DNA from: Paraspadella gotoi
Taxonomy: Eukaryota > Animalia > Chaetognatha
DNA: 64,000 bases
NCBI GenBank assembly: GCA_051294375.1
Contig: JBJCIZ010000744.1
Coordinates: 1,993,252 to 2,057,251 of the forward strand
Direction of reading: 5' to 3'
Numbering within the stretch: the stretch's first letter is position 1; the number at the start of each line of letters is the position of its first letter. Shown one piece after another: positions 12,480 to 25,658 of the stretch. The translations under genes were made by a program, and so were the position numbers. Under the pieces are notes generated by a model. That model had not been told where the DNA came from. It saw nothing but the letters and a program-made list of their open reading frames with translations, and did no database searches.

Positions 12480-14900
12480 CCCACCTACGTATTTGGAAAG
12501 AAGTTGAAGGAGACTTCGATTGGAGTTGGAGAGGAACGGGAGTCGAATCAAAGGCCGCGTTCCTTCTCTCATTTTACGTATTTCCTGAGTTCGAATCTTA
12601 ACGTGTCGAACTCTTTTTGAGAAGATTCCATCAATTTGTTTTCGAGTCGTCGAGTCAAGTAAGTTTTAAAAAACAATCATAGTATCTATATTGATCACTT
12701 GTGAACCACGAAGAGAGATATCATCTGTGTACAAATCCTCGGTGTATCTTTTGCTGCGACGGCGTGCGAGTGATCAAATATGTGTCTGTGCGCTTTAATC
12801 CAAAATCTTAACGCCGTTTCCAGTGCGAAGCAATTCGTTGTTTTTTATTATACTTAAGAGTGAGTAGAAGACTACTCATCTCCGCACCTTGAGCGTCCGG
12901 CGTTCGATCAGATCGACTCGTCCTAAAGCGCTTATGACAAGAGTCCACCCTGACTGAAAAAAGAAAAATCTCCGCTCAAAGTTTGTTAGATCGCGAATTT
13001 CCCAAAGTAAACGTATATTTTTGGGGTACAACGTAAGCAGAGACGTGGCAATATGTGACAAAAAATATATACGTTAAGTGAAAACTTCGTAAAATACAAC
13101 GGTTTCGCGACGAAGCGAGAGTTGTTTCAAATGTTCACAAAACAACTGAAAATCCGTCTCAAAAATCCAAGTTTTGATATTCTTTGTACTGGCTATGAAT
13201 TGATCACATAGAGATGAGTGACAAAAGGACAACATAGCAGTTTCTCTTCAGAGAGGAGAGCGAGGGCAGGCATGCTCTCAGGAGGCAGTCTCAGAAAAAT
13301 GAATAACACTAAAATGTCAGCAAGCAGCAAGCAGCAGGAGAAAAGAGAAAAAAAGACGAGACCCTGACAAGAGAGCACGCAGACGATCGTATTTTGTTGT
13401 TTAGTACGTTGATCGTGCTTATCAGTCTAGAATCGAAGGAGCAATAATATTCACAATTTGTCGGTTCCTTTCCGGTTTCACGCCCTCAACATTGTCGGGC
13501 AGCTAGAACTATATAATCAACATGTTATAACTATCGTAAAATTATGATAAATTTTATGCTCAAAAACAAAATGTCCGTTTAGTGTTCCATTTTGATATAA
13601 CATTACATATTTCATGTTATGAGTAGGTTATGTAAAAAGTTAAATTATCGGGTAACCTACCGGAGTTCCAGTCTCGTGCTTTTTTACTCCGGCGCCTGTT
13701 TATTTGTAATATGCATATTAGTAAAAAAAGACAAACGGTTAAAAAACCACACAAAACACAAAAAAGATAAAACACGTCAGAAACCTATATATTCAGATCA
13801 AGTAATATAGTAAGAATCCTAAATACCGTTAGGAAATACATCAGTATTAACAATTATTCTTTTATCGTAACTTTTTCTTCACCATTATCATGAAATCGGA
13901 AATCCGGATCTTTCATCTATTTTTTCATTATTTTTTTCTCGCTTTTTTTCCGTAACGGTCTTATTTCCCTGTTCCCTTCTCTCCATTGTATAAACAATCG
14001 TTTTCTCTCCTTGGTCTTACTTTTTCTCTTCTAAATCTACGTTTTCATATCTTTTTAACCAGGAAGGAAAAAGTCTGTCTTTCCCTGGTCGTTACTTTAC
14101 GTTCTTTTAATCTATTTGGGAGCAAGTGGAGAGAAGCTACATAAAATAGAGAAAGAGAGAGATGAACGTGAGACATATACTCTCATTACAACTCAATTCT
14201 CTCATCTAGGATCTCACATGTTTCGAATGTTTCTCGAGGGCATATATAAGTTCATTTTCTTTTAATCCAAAATCGCTATTTTTTTATTACGAACTGATGC
14301 TTCCATTGGCCCGCGAAACGTCAGTCGCCCATTTTATTTTTTTTTTATACATTCGCGAGAATTTGTTCCGGGGTGAGGACTATTCTAGTGAGACATTCTA
14401 GTGAGCAAATCTCTATTTTACGTGTGTGTGATCGTTATTGGATTTTCTATATTTTCTTTGTGGTTTGTTATGTTTTTATTTTCGATCATTTTCCTTCCTC
14501 TTCTTTCTTCTCTAGGCGGAATGTTGTTGAAAATTTTCAAAGGACACTATTCGTTCATTTTTAAATTAATAGATGGAATTTTTACAAAAATTTTTTCTCC
14601 CATTTTTTTTCGCCCTTTCATTTAATCCAAAGTTCTTTCTTTCTTTTTTACCTCTCCTAAATTTTCTGAGCATTTATTATTATATATTGTTATCATAAAA
14701 TACAAGAATACAAAAAATACGTTTCTATTTGTTTTTTTTTATCTTCTCTCTCTTTTTTCTTTTCATTAAATTTCCTTTTTTTTCCCTCTTCATTTCCCGT
14801 TTTTCTTCCTAACATTTCTTTCCTCTTCCCTCTCCATTCCTCTCTCCCATTCTTCTCCTTCTCTCTTTTCCTCTTCCCCTCCATTCCCTCTCTCCCTTAT
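12480..14900 (+). repeat. Noisy tandem copy of about 10940-12430
   Basis: 14515-14880 is nearly identical to 12060-12420. 14310-14405 matches 11918-12010 and 13890-13970 matches 11700-11780. Similarity decays leftwards. Confidence 0.75.
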
Positions 14901-16845
14901 TCTTCTCTTCTTTTTTCTCCTCTCTTTTTCTCTCTTTTTCCCCTTTCCATTCCTCTCTCCCCTTCTTCTCTCTCCTTCTTTCTTTCCGCCTCTTCCTCCA
15001 TTCCTCTCCCTCTTCTCTCTCCTCTCTTTCTCCCTTCTTCCTTCTCCCCTTTTCTTCTCTTCTTCGTTCTCTCCTTCCATTCTCTCTCCCCTCCTTCTCT
15101 CTCCTCTCTCTCTTCCTCAGCAATGCAACTCACTCCAACTTTACTTCTCCTCTTTCTCTTTCGACTTCGATTCAAAATTCCATTTCTTCTCGAATTTAAA
15201 TTTTTCGCAACTCTCTCTCTCTCTCTCTCTCTCTGCTCTCTCTCTCTCTCTCCTCTCTCTCTCTTTCCTTCTCTCTCTCTCTCTCTCTCTCTCGCCAAAT
15301 TTCCCCATTCGAATCTGCCTTCTTTCTGCTCCCAATTTCTCCCGGTCGTGACTTACCTTTGAAACTCTTTGCAACCCTGAACCTCCGGCGGGATCAAAAT
15401 CACGAGTGCAGAGCCCTGCTCTCACCATTTCCTCCTCTTCCCTCCCGCCTCATATTTCTTTTTAATTCCTTCCCTCCTTCCTTCCTTCCTCTCCCACGCG
15501 GATTGTTTTCCATCTCTCGAGTTTCGCCGCTTGAATGCAAAAAAAGGCTTTTCACATTTTTTCGCCGTTTTATCCCTCACTGATTTCCGAACTGCCGCTC
15601 CGCCCCCGTGTCCTCGTCTTCTCCTCTTCCTCCTCTCCTTCTTCTTCTCCACCCATTCTTTCTGTTCCTCGCCGTATTTCCTCTCCTTCTGTTTCTCTTC
15701 GCTTTCCTCTCTTTTATCTATTTCTCTCTCCTACTTTCCTCCCTTTTTTAAAATTTTATCTCCTCTTTTTTCTCCTTCCTCTTTTTCCTCTACCTTTTTC
15801 CTCCACTTCTTCACTTTTAAATTTTATCTCCTCTTTTTTCTCTTTCTCTTCTTTCCTCTACTTTCCACTTTAAATACCCCTTCCTCTTTCTCCCTATTCT
15901 CACTTTTACTTTTCAAAATTTTTATCTCCTCTTTTTTCTCTTTCTCTTCTCTCTCTTTCTACTTTCCTCCACTTTTTTAAATTTTATCTCCTCTTTTTTT
16001 CTTTCTTCTTCTCTACTTTCCTCCACTTTTTTTAAAATTTTATCTCTCCTTCCTTTTCTCTTTCTCTTTTTCTCTCCTACTTCCTAACCACTTTCCTTCC
16101 ACTTTTAAATTTTATCTCCTCTTTTTTCCTTTCTCTTCTTCCTCTACTTTCTCACTTTCCTCCACTTTTTATTTTCTCTCTTCTTTCTCTCTCCCTTATC
16201 CTCGACTTTCCTCCTTTACCAAAGAAAAGTCATTTTTTTTTCTCTCAGGATTTTCACCTGAACGAGAAAAAGGAAGGAATTTCGTCGGAACATCTCCCCG
16301 AAGAAATGGGAGGAAAGGAAAGGAAAGAGAGAGGAGAAATTGAGCGAATGGAGGAAGAAAAAAAGGAAATAAACGGAGGATGGAAGAAAGAAAAAAAGGA
16401 AAGAATGAAGAGGAATTGTCAAAAAATTACAAAGGAGAGAGAAAATAAAAAAAAAAAAAAAAAACTTGGGAGGGAAAATTAGGAATTCGAACGAAATGAA
16501 AGGGTGAGGAAAAAAACAAAGAAAATTGGAATGGAAACAAAACGAATAAGAAAACAGAAAAGAAAACAAAAAAAGAAAACAGAGGGATGAAAAGAATTCG
16601 TTAAAAAAAAAATAGAGAAGTAAATTAAGAGCGATCTCTATCGGCTTATTGGGCGGCCGAGGGGGGGGGGAGGGGGGCGGAGGGGGGAATAAGGATGAAA
16701 GAGAAAGAAATATTTGGAATGAAAAGATTGAAAAAAAGAAAAAGAAATGAGAAAGGAAAATAAGACGATGAAATGAGAATTAAAAATAAGAAAAGATATT
16801 GTGATAAAAAGTAAAGGGAGGGAGGGAGGGGGAGAGAGAGATAGA

Positions 16846-16900
<55 letters not shown>

Positions 16901-16901
16901 A

Positions 16902-16952
<51 letters not shown>

Positions 16953-17618
16953 AGAAANNNNNNNNNNNNNNNNNNNNNNNNNCCTCTCCATTCCCTCTCT
17001 CCCCTTTATTATCTTCTCCTCTTTTTTTCTTCTCTTATCTTTTATCTCTTCTTTCTCTTCTTCCTACATTCTCTCCCCTTCCATTCCTCTCTCCCTTCTT
17101 CTCTCTCTCCTCTCTTTTCCTCTTTCCCCTTCCATTCCTCTCTCCCCTTCTTCTCTTCTTCCTCTCTTTTCTCTTCCCCTTTCAATTCCTCTCTCCCCTT
17201 TTCTTCTCTCTTCCTTCTTCGCTCTTCCCCTTCCAATTCCTCTCTCTCTCCTCTTCTCCTCTTCCTCTCTTCTCCTCTTCGAGAAAGAGAGTTTCCCTTC
17301 TACCAATTTCCTCTTCTTCCTCCTCTTTTCGCCAGAGGTGAAAAAAGACGAGTATTTCCATTTGTTTTGCTTTTTAGTTTTTTGTTTTTTGTTTTTGTTT
17401 TGGCGGAAAAAATCGCGGAAAAAAAAAGGCGGGAAAACATAAATAGGAGACGACGTCGATGAAGATTCGACGTGACGTTCGATCTTTTGTTTCTTTGTTT
17501 CTTCCAATCGACGTTTGTTTCTTGGTTTTGTTGTTTTTTATGATTTGTTTCCTGATTGTTTTTGCCACGAGGTCTTTGACGAATTCTCATGTACGTCCAG
17601 TAGCTTTCTTTGTACGTT

Positions 17619-17662
17619 CAGTCTCTTCGGATGCGTGGGTTCGAATCCCACCGCTGCCACCA
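17619..17662 (-). mobile_element. Extended tRNA-Leu primer-binding site (on + strand: 3' 44 nt of mature tRNA-Leu including CCA)
   Basis: CAGTCTCTTCGGATGCGTGGGTTCGAATCCCACCGCTGCCA-CCA matches the variable arm, T arm and acceptor stem of animal tRNA-Leu(AAG/UAG) as I recall it, with one mismatch. The 5' half of the tRNA is absent. The minus strand begins TGGTGGCAGCGGT. Confidence 0.75.
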
Positions 17663-17665
17663 CAT

Positions 17666-17908
17666 TGAAGGAAAAGATGAGATTTTATTCCGAGAATAAG
17701 AATGAGGGTGAGACACACGCAGGAGTCTCGATCAATGCTACTGAAACTAAAGAAGAACTAAGTCTATTTATAACTAAGAGAGCGGATCAGAGGCAAGAGT
17801 GATTTTGTGAGTTCCTGCATTCTCGCAAGCTGATTGGTCTATTCAGGTTCCACCTCGACCAATCATCGTTCCACGATTCCAGTACGGCGGCGGTAGCATT
17901 CCTTCCTT
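17666..17908 (-). mobile_element. LTR-like segment of an LTR retrotransposon (5' boundary uncertain)
   Basis: On the minus strand: CCAAT (17837-17833), TATAAATA (17772-17765), AATAAA (17689-17684), terminus ...TTCCTTCA followed 3 nt later by the PBS. The distal end merges into a (CCTT)n tract. Confidence 0.5.
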
Positions 17909-18297
17909 CTTACCTTTCTCCTTCTTTCATTCCTTCCTTCCTTCCTTCCTTCCTTCCTTCCTTTCTTTCCTTTCTCTCTTCTTCCTTCTCTTCCTTCCTT
18001 CCCTCCTCTCCCTTCTTTCCTTTCCTTCCCTTCTTCCTTCTTCCTTCTTCCCTTTCCTTCCCTTCCTTCCCTTCTCTTCCCTTCCTTCCCTTCCTTCCTT
18101 CCTTGGCTTCCTTCCCTTCATTTCTTCTCATCTTTGTTCGCTCGTTCGTTCGCCTCTTTGTTCGTCTTCTAATTACCACTACGACCAACTTTTCCACCAC
18201 CTTCCCCTTCACAAACCACCACAGCCACCGCACCAACCACCACCTCGTGTCACGGATGCAAGATTTTTTCCTAGAATCGTAAATTAAATTCGCGCGA

Positions 18298-18336
<39 letters not shown>

Positions 18337-18445
18337 GGAACTCACTCGCCCGTCATGCTCTTTTCATTTGCACTTACCTCCAATTATCTTTCCTTACCTC
18401 GCTCACCACGACTCCGTTGCATCAACGCTAACCCTCTTTTCTCAG

Positions 18446-18612
18446 CTGTCTCCGCTTCGTTGACGGCTTTAGCGCCGCAGCCGCCGCCGCCTGCCGCCGC
18501 CGCAGCCGCCAGCTGTCGCCACCAATTTAGAGTTACCGACAGCTCTAGTTCTACAAACCTCAAAACCTCAAACCTACCCATGTACACCCTGAAACCCCCT
18601 TACCCCATGTAA
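18446..18612 (+). CDS. Candidate orphan terminal coding exon (Pro/Ala/Ser-rich)
   Basis: Branch-point CTAAC (18428-18432), pyrimidine tract and CAG|. Phase-1 frame VSASLTALAPQPPPPAAAAAASCRHQFRVTDSSSSTNLKTSNLPMYTLKPPYPM*. No upstream exons identified. Confidence 0.35.
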
Positions 18613-18724
18613 ACCCTAGGTCAGAACTTCCCGACACTTTCCCCCCCACACCTTACTGATCGCCTGTCGGATTTAGACCATGTCAACGCCTGCACCTGAT
18701 TCAAGAGTGGAGCTCTCTCTCTCT

Positions 18725-21700
18725 CTCTCCTCTTCATGTCCAGCCATGAGTATGTTTGCGCATTTTGCTTTGCATCAAAAAGAGTGACATGACGAATGGT
18801 CGAAGAAAAGACTCGCAGACCGACGTAACGACGACCCGACGCGGACTCGTTTGACCTTAACAAACGAGAATGATACAAACTGATGCGATGGCTCGGCCAT
18901 GAGAATGCGTGAGATAGGAGATAGCGGATTTACAATAAACTGTTGATTTTGGAACATAGATTTATTGTCTCGGAAAGGAATCGTCGATTGTGACTCGTAT
19001 ATTATTACTACTCGATACTAATTTACGAGTATGGTGTCTAAGTAAGTTGACTACTTCGGTGATCAGTGCCATAAACCAAAAAAAAGACGGCATCAAATAA
19101 TGAGATACGCGGAACTCAGGAAAAAGACGAGTTGAGTCGGGTGTGGAACAAAATTAAGCAAGGAAGGAATCTGTTGTTTTAATTTAATGAGCCACACAGA
19201 TAGGAGGGACATGAAAAACTATGACCACGGATGTACCTTGAGGAAAAAGTAAGGTAGGAAAATAGAAAGAACAGAAGTACGAATAGAAGAAGAAAAGGAA
19301 AGAAAGGAAGAAAAAGAAAAAAAAGAGAGAAAGATAAGGATAGGAGAAGGAAGAGGGGAAAAATAACGTTGAAAGCGAAGAAATGGAGGAGGGGAACAAT
19401 CCGGAGAGAGAGGAAAGAGAAGAGTGGAGAAGGAGGAACGAGACGGAGGATCGAAAGAAAAGAAGTATGAGGGAAGATACGGAGGAAAAGAGAGGGAAAG
19501 AAAAGAGGAAAAAGAGGAGCGAAGAGCAAAGGTGAAGGACGATGGGGGAGAGAGTGTTGATAGTAAAAGGGAGAAGGAGATGAAAAGAGGGAAAGAGAGG
19601 AGGAAGAAAGAGAAGAAAAGGAGGGAAAAGAAATAAAGAGGGAATAGAGGAGAGAATGGAGGGTACAAGGAGAAGCATGGAGAGGAAAAAGGAGAAGGAA
19701 GAAGAGAGGTGAGAAAGGACAAGGAAGAATGAGGAAAGAGGGAGAACGGTAGAGGAGTAGTCTGGAGAGAGGATGAGAAGAAGAGGAAGAGGAGAAGGAA
19801 GAGGAGATGGAAGAAATAGGAGGAGGAAAGAAAGGAGGGAGAATGGGAGAGGAGAGGAAGGATAGAAAAAAAAGGAGAGAAGGAAAGAGGGAGTAAAGGA
19901 GGGAAGAAAGGTAGGAAAGAAGGAGAGGGAGAGGGAAGGAGAGCACCAGGAGGGAGAGAAAGGAGGAAGAGATAGAGAGAGAAAAGAAAAGAGAGAAGGT
20001 AAGTGAAGAAGTGAGAGGTAAAGAGATAGAGGAAGGAATGAGGAGAGAAGAAGGGAGGAGAGCAGAGAGGAGGAAAGAGGGAAGGTGAGAGGTGAGTGAA
20101 AAAAGTATTGAATGTGGCTGAGAGTACAAGACTTGAGAAAAGTATAAGGGAAGAAGGTGAGAAAAGCAAGAGGAGAGAGAGGAGAGAAGGGCGGAGGATG
20201 AAGAAAGCGGGAAGCGAGAGGGAGAAAAAGAAGAGAGAGAGAGAAGGAGGAGAAAGAAAAGAAAGAGAGAAAGTCGAGGCCGTGTACGGGGAGGGTCCAA
20301 AAGAAGGGGCGATAGGACCTTTGATCGATGTTACGAGAAACGGAGAAACGAAGAAGAAAGAATAGGAATGAGGAAAGAGTTTGGATTACGACAAAGACGC
20401 ACGTAGTCGGAGTATATAATTCTGCTGGTTGTATTAAAATAAATGAGAGTGTGAGCTGTTATGATCGGATAACACGGACCGAGCTAAACAAAACTGGTGT
20501 GGAGGCAACATGGAATAAATAGTTAGTGTAATGTATGATAATTTTGAATACTAAAGTGTTATTATATCTAAATGTATCGTCCATTATGATTTAACTCATC
20601 TATTAAACGAGATATACTTAGATCGCACGATCGAGGAGAAACGCAGGTAGATAAACTGCATTCGCAGTTGCCGGCGTTCGAAGACTTGGGAAATTGTTGC
20701 ACGACGAGAGTTTATGAGAACGATAACAATATCGTTAGGACCGAACACGGGAGGAGTGTCGTCTGTGGACTTTTCACGTTGCGGTCAGGATGAGAGAGGA
20801 GGAGGGATGGAAGGTAGAGAGGAGAGGGGAGAGAGAGAGAGAGAGGAAGAATGGAGAGAGAGAGAGAATGATGGATGAGATGAGGAGAGAGTATGATAGA
20901 GGAGAGGAATGAGAGAGAGCAGAGAAGAGAGAGAGAGAGAGGAGAGAGAGGAGAGAGGAGATTGAGACCCATCATGGTTGTTTTAAGCAGAATTCGAGGA
21001 CAAATTGATTGTATTTCGTCCGCAAGATATTGTTACTTAGTCCTTCGTGTTCAGCTATTCGATGGGGCTTTTTAATCATTTATCTTCTTGATAGCGAAAT
21101 TAGAGGACAGTACATGTGATGGGTGGCGAAGATTTGTCTAGCTAATGGATGACGGGCGTCGGCGACGTAGTACAATGATTGTATTGGCCTTTAACGAGGA
21201 AGGCAGATTGAAAGATTGAGGAGGGGAGGATTGAACGGAGCTCAAGAACGCATGTGCGAGGCTCGGTTCTGCTAGTAGGTATCATAAAGATATAGGACCC
21301 GATAATATTTTATAGGATGTTCCTGGATAGACGGAGAAGTCTGAGTATATCTACTAGTCATGTCGTCGGTCGTCGTCGATCGGACGCTTGGTGGTCGTCT
21401 CCCCAGTGCGACGACGGAGCTCGTGGTAGAGAGATAGTCGGCGCATCGTGCGCTCAGGAGAAAGGGTGTCGTGCAAGATCTGTAAGAGAGACGTGAAGTG
21501 GACAGAGAACTTCCCAAGCGTGGACTGAGTGAGCGGGTTCGTGCGAGGCGCGGCGGCGGAGGCGAGCGAACGCGGATTCCCCCAGTCAGCGATGGTCATC
21601 CATGCGAGCGGCAGTCACTCGCTCGAGGGACGACGGACGTAAAGGGCTGGAACGATGGCGCTCTGAGCAATTAATACAAAAATATGGGGCCGAAAGGAAA

Positions 21701-22440
21701 AGGGGAGAAAAAAAGGTAAGATAGAGTGATAAGGGAAGGAGAGAGAGAGAGAGAGAGAGAGAGGGTAGAGAGAGGAGAGAGAGAGAAGAGAGAGAGAACG
21801 ATGGAGAGAGGGAAGAAGAGTGAGTGGGAAGAGAGGGAAAAAAGAAAGATTGTCGAGTCTCGGAGACAAACTGTGGTCGCGCTGGACTTTCGCCACCATT
21901 AGACTTGCCGTGTACTCGCCGAATAAGCATCGCTGTTACTCGCCATGTTAGGACTGGCTCTTACTGAGAACGACTCGCAAAAATTCTTTTTCGTCTAATG
22001 ACACTTTCTGTGTTATTTAAACGCCGTGGTTACATACATTTATTGTAACAACCAAACCCGATATAGTCCACACGTGAAACCAACAACAAAATACTCTCGA
22101 ACCGCACGTTAACATTGATAATGTTCTTTCCAACGACACACACAAAGAAGACCACAAACGACCAAAAATGACCACAAATGACCACAAACGAAACGTTTAA
22201 ATCCTCCACCAGATGTTCGTATTCCGAGTTTGTCAATACCGCCAGTTATTCATAATCCAACCGTCAATCCTCCAGCTTGTTCACTGTCATTAAGCGAAAA
22301 AATGCAAAATAAATAAAAGCTGGTTAAAAAAAAGTCCATAAGGAGCGAGTGACAAACGATGAGGCACATAGAATATTTTTAGTTTCACTAGCCAATATCT
22401 TCATCTGCGAGTACGCAGAGAGCTAGAGAGAGCGTTACTG
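18725..22440 (-). repeat. Noisy inverted copy of about 7390-9370
   Basis: e.g. 20985-21200 (AAGCAGAATTCGAGGACAAAT...GTATTGGCCTTTAACGAG) is the reverse complement of 8207-8395; 21840-22300 corresponds to 7590-7960; 18730-19080 corresponds to 9170-9365. Insertion-rich. Confidence 0.8.
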
Positions 22441-22780
22441 CCTCGATGAGTGCTCTCTTCTCTCTCTATCTCCAGTATCGTAGTACTCCTCTTCATCTCT
22501 CTCCTCTCTCTGTGGCAGTGGAAAGAATAGAAAGAAAGAAAGGAAAGAAGGAGAAGAAGAGGAATAGAGNNNNNNNNNNNNNNNNNNNNNNNNNTCTCGT
22601 CCTCCTCGTCTTTATCTATCCTCCTCTCTCTTTCTCACTGCTCCACTCTCTTCCTCTCTCACTCATCTCTCTCTCTCTCTCTCTCTCTCGCTCTCTCTCT
22701 CTCCTCACATCTCTGCTCGCTGTGATTTGCGAACGAAGTAGAAGTGAAGCCCTAAGACAGAGAAAAAACTTAACCAAGAC

Positions 22781-22834
<54 letters not shown>

Positions 22835-22947
22835 GGAAAGAGGGCGAGAAGAAATAGAGATAAGCAAAAGAGAGAGAAGCGAAGAGACGCCGGTGACCTA
22901 TAAATAGATAAATGATGATAATACCCAAGGAACCCGCCTCAGAGAGA

Positions 22948-23008
<61 letters not shown>

Positions 23009-23613
23009 AGAGAGAGAGAGAGAGAGAGAGTCGCGTGGCTCGAATACTTTCTGTAGACCATTTCACATCTTTTTTCTGGTAGAGATGTCAGAACATCAAT
23101 AAATCATGGTCGTCGTCGTCGTCGGTCGTCTCGTCGTCGTCGTCGTGCGAGGTGTGTTGAGAGATGGCGGGAGTGTCTGCAAGATCTGTAAGAGGCCGTA
23201 AGTGAACAAGGAACTTCCCAAGCGTGGCGTGAGCGGGTTCGTGCGGCGGGCGGCGGAGGCGGCGAAACGCGTTCCCCCCAGCTCGGTTCCATGCGACGGC
23301 GTCACTCGCTCGAGGCGACGCGCGTAAAGGGCTGGAACGATGGCGCCCCCTGAGCCAAAACAAAATATGGCGGCCGAAAGGAAAAGGGGAGAAAAAAAGG
23401 AAGATAGAGTAAAGGGAAGGAGAAGGAGAGAGAGAGAGAGAGAGAGGTGTGAGAGAGAGGGAGAGAGAGAAGAGAGAGAGAGGAAAGAGAGAGACAATAT
23501 AACGTCCGTTAAAATATAACGAATGAACGTAATTAGTTACAAACAAAGCATTAACGATGTTATATATAAAGCATATTTAAGAGTCAATGAAAATATTTAT
23601 ATCAGCTTTCTCG

Positions 23614-23653
<40 letters not shown>

Positions 23654-23729
23654 CTCTCTTTTCTGCTCTCTCTCTCTGTGGAGTGGAAAGAAAGAAAGAA
23701 AGAAAGGAAAGAAGGAGAAGAAGAGGAAT

Positions 23730-25609
23730 AGAGGTAGGATAGAGGGAAAAAGAAAGGATAGAGAAAGAAATGAAAGGAACTGGAAAAGAGAAAAAGAGAA
23801 GAAATTAAGAGTAGAGATCGAAATAAGAAAATATAATGAAAGTAAAGAGAAATGAGAGAGAGAGAGAGAGAGAGAGAGACGAGGAGAGAGAGAGAGAGAG
23901 AGAGAGAGGGTGGTGTCGACGCCAAGAAATAATGATTGAAAAACTAAATAATGAACTGACTAAGCTACTCTTTTGATTAAAGTAACTATCTATTAAAAAT
24001 TCAGTATTTTTGATGTTTTCTATTTGATTTCATTTTTTTCAACTTATTTCAATATGTTGAACTGACAAACAAACAAAATCACAAATTGAGTCGAGGAACG
24101 CCCCCGTCAAAAAAAAGGGTTAGAAGACGCAGGGGACGCATCGACGGTCCAGCGGTGCAGATAAGAAAAGGAATTGAGAGATAAAAGCAATAGGTAGGTA
24201 TAACGTCTCTCTCTCATCTCTCTCACACTTCTTGTTCTCGTCTCTCTCTCTCCTCGTTTCTCTCTCTTCTCTCCTCTCTCTCTCGTGCTCTCTCTCTCTT
24301 TCGTTGGGGACAGGCGATCTGGGGAGCGAGAGAGAAGAGAGGAGCCAGCCGACTGCACTTTGGCTGAGGCAGGAAGAGAGAAAATGACCAATGACTTCAG
24401 TTATCACGTTTGCATAGCAAAGGAAAATGGGCGTCGACTGAGGAGAGGAGGAGGAGGAGCGGAGGAGGACTGAGTGAGAGGAGGAGGAGGGAAGGAGAGA
24501 AAATAGGAGAAAAAGAAGAGTGTTTGATTTCCAGCACTTGTGACAGAGACCAGAATGAAAGAAGAGAGAGAAAAAGGAGAGAGAGAAGAAGAGAGAGAGA
24601 GAGAGAGGATGGAGAGATGAGAGATGAGAGAGAAGACAAGAGAGAGAGAAAGAGAGAAGAGAGATGATAAATGCGAGAAATAATTGTTTCTCTCTCATTC
24701 GACATTAAAGATTAAAATTATCTCCGCATTTGAAAATAAAAGTGACTTTTTTTGCGAAATTTACTACTCGAGACAGTTTTGACAACGCTGAGCTTATGTG
24801 TGCAATGTCGATTGTTTGTTTGTTGATGCTTTATTAATTTATGTGGTTTCGCTCTTTTGTTTGTTATGTATTAATGAACAGACTAATTCATTTCATTATA
24901 CCATAACCGAAATTATGGAGGAGTTTCGTTTTTATATTGATAATTTTGAAATAATATGTGCATTATCTTCCTCCTTCTGAGCATATTTTTTTACTTTAGA
25001 TTAATCGTCGATCAGGAGACGCAGCTAGGATGAGAGAAAAGAGAAGTAGAGAAACAAGGGAGCGAGAGGAGCGAGACGAGAGGAAAGGTGAGATGAGAGA
25101 GAGAGAGGAGAGAGAGAGCACGAAGCAGAGATGAGCGGAAGAGAGAGAGAGAAGAGCCAGGAGAGACTGATGATTGATTCGCTCAATGTTAAGACGAAAA
25201 TGGACAATACAGCGTAGGAGAGAGAGAGAGAGAGTCTCCGCCTTCTGTACGAAACAAGTTCTGAAGTTGGAAGAAACTCTCGATTCCCGCGATGATTATC
25301 TTCACTTTTTCTTCTTCCTCTTTCCTTTCTTTCACTTTCCTATTACTCTTTCCTCCTTTCTTTGGCTCTTCTTCCATAGTTCGTTCCTCTCTTCCTTATC
25401 GCTATCTACCGCTTTCTCCTCTTATTATCGACTCTCTGCTGGCTAATCTAGTGACTTTTCTTTCCTCCTCTCTCCGTGTTTTCTCGAGGTAGGATAGAGG
25501 GAAAAGAGAAAGGATAGAAGAAAGAAAATGAAAGGAAACTGGAAAGAGGAGAAAGAGAAGAAATTAAGAGGAGAGATCGAAATAAGAAAATATAAATGAA
25601 AGTAAAGAG

Positions 25610-25658
<49 letters not shown>

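Noticed and set aside
12440-13500. Non-repetitive-looking sequence with a possible mini-exon (…GGAC|GTAAGT)
   Set aside because: Appears to be a very noisy copy of about 10940-11460; no reliable frame.
17580-17662. Functional tRNA-Leu gene
   Set aside because: The 5' acceptor strand, D arm (A box) and anticodon loop are absent, and CCA is encoded; better explained as a PBS or retro-copy.
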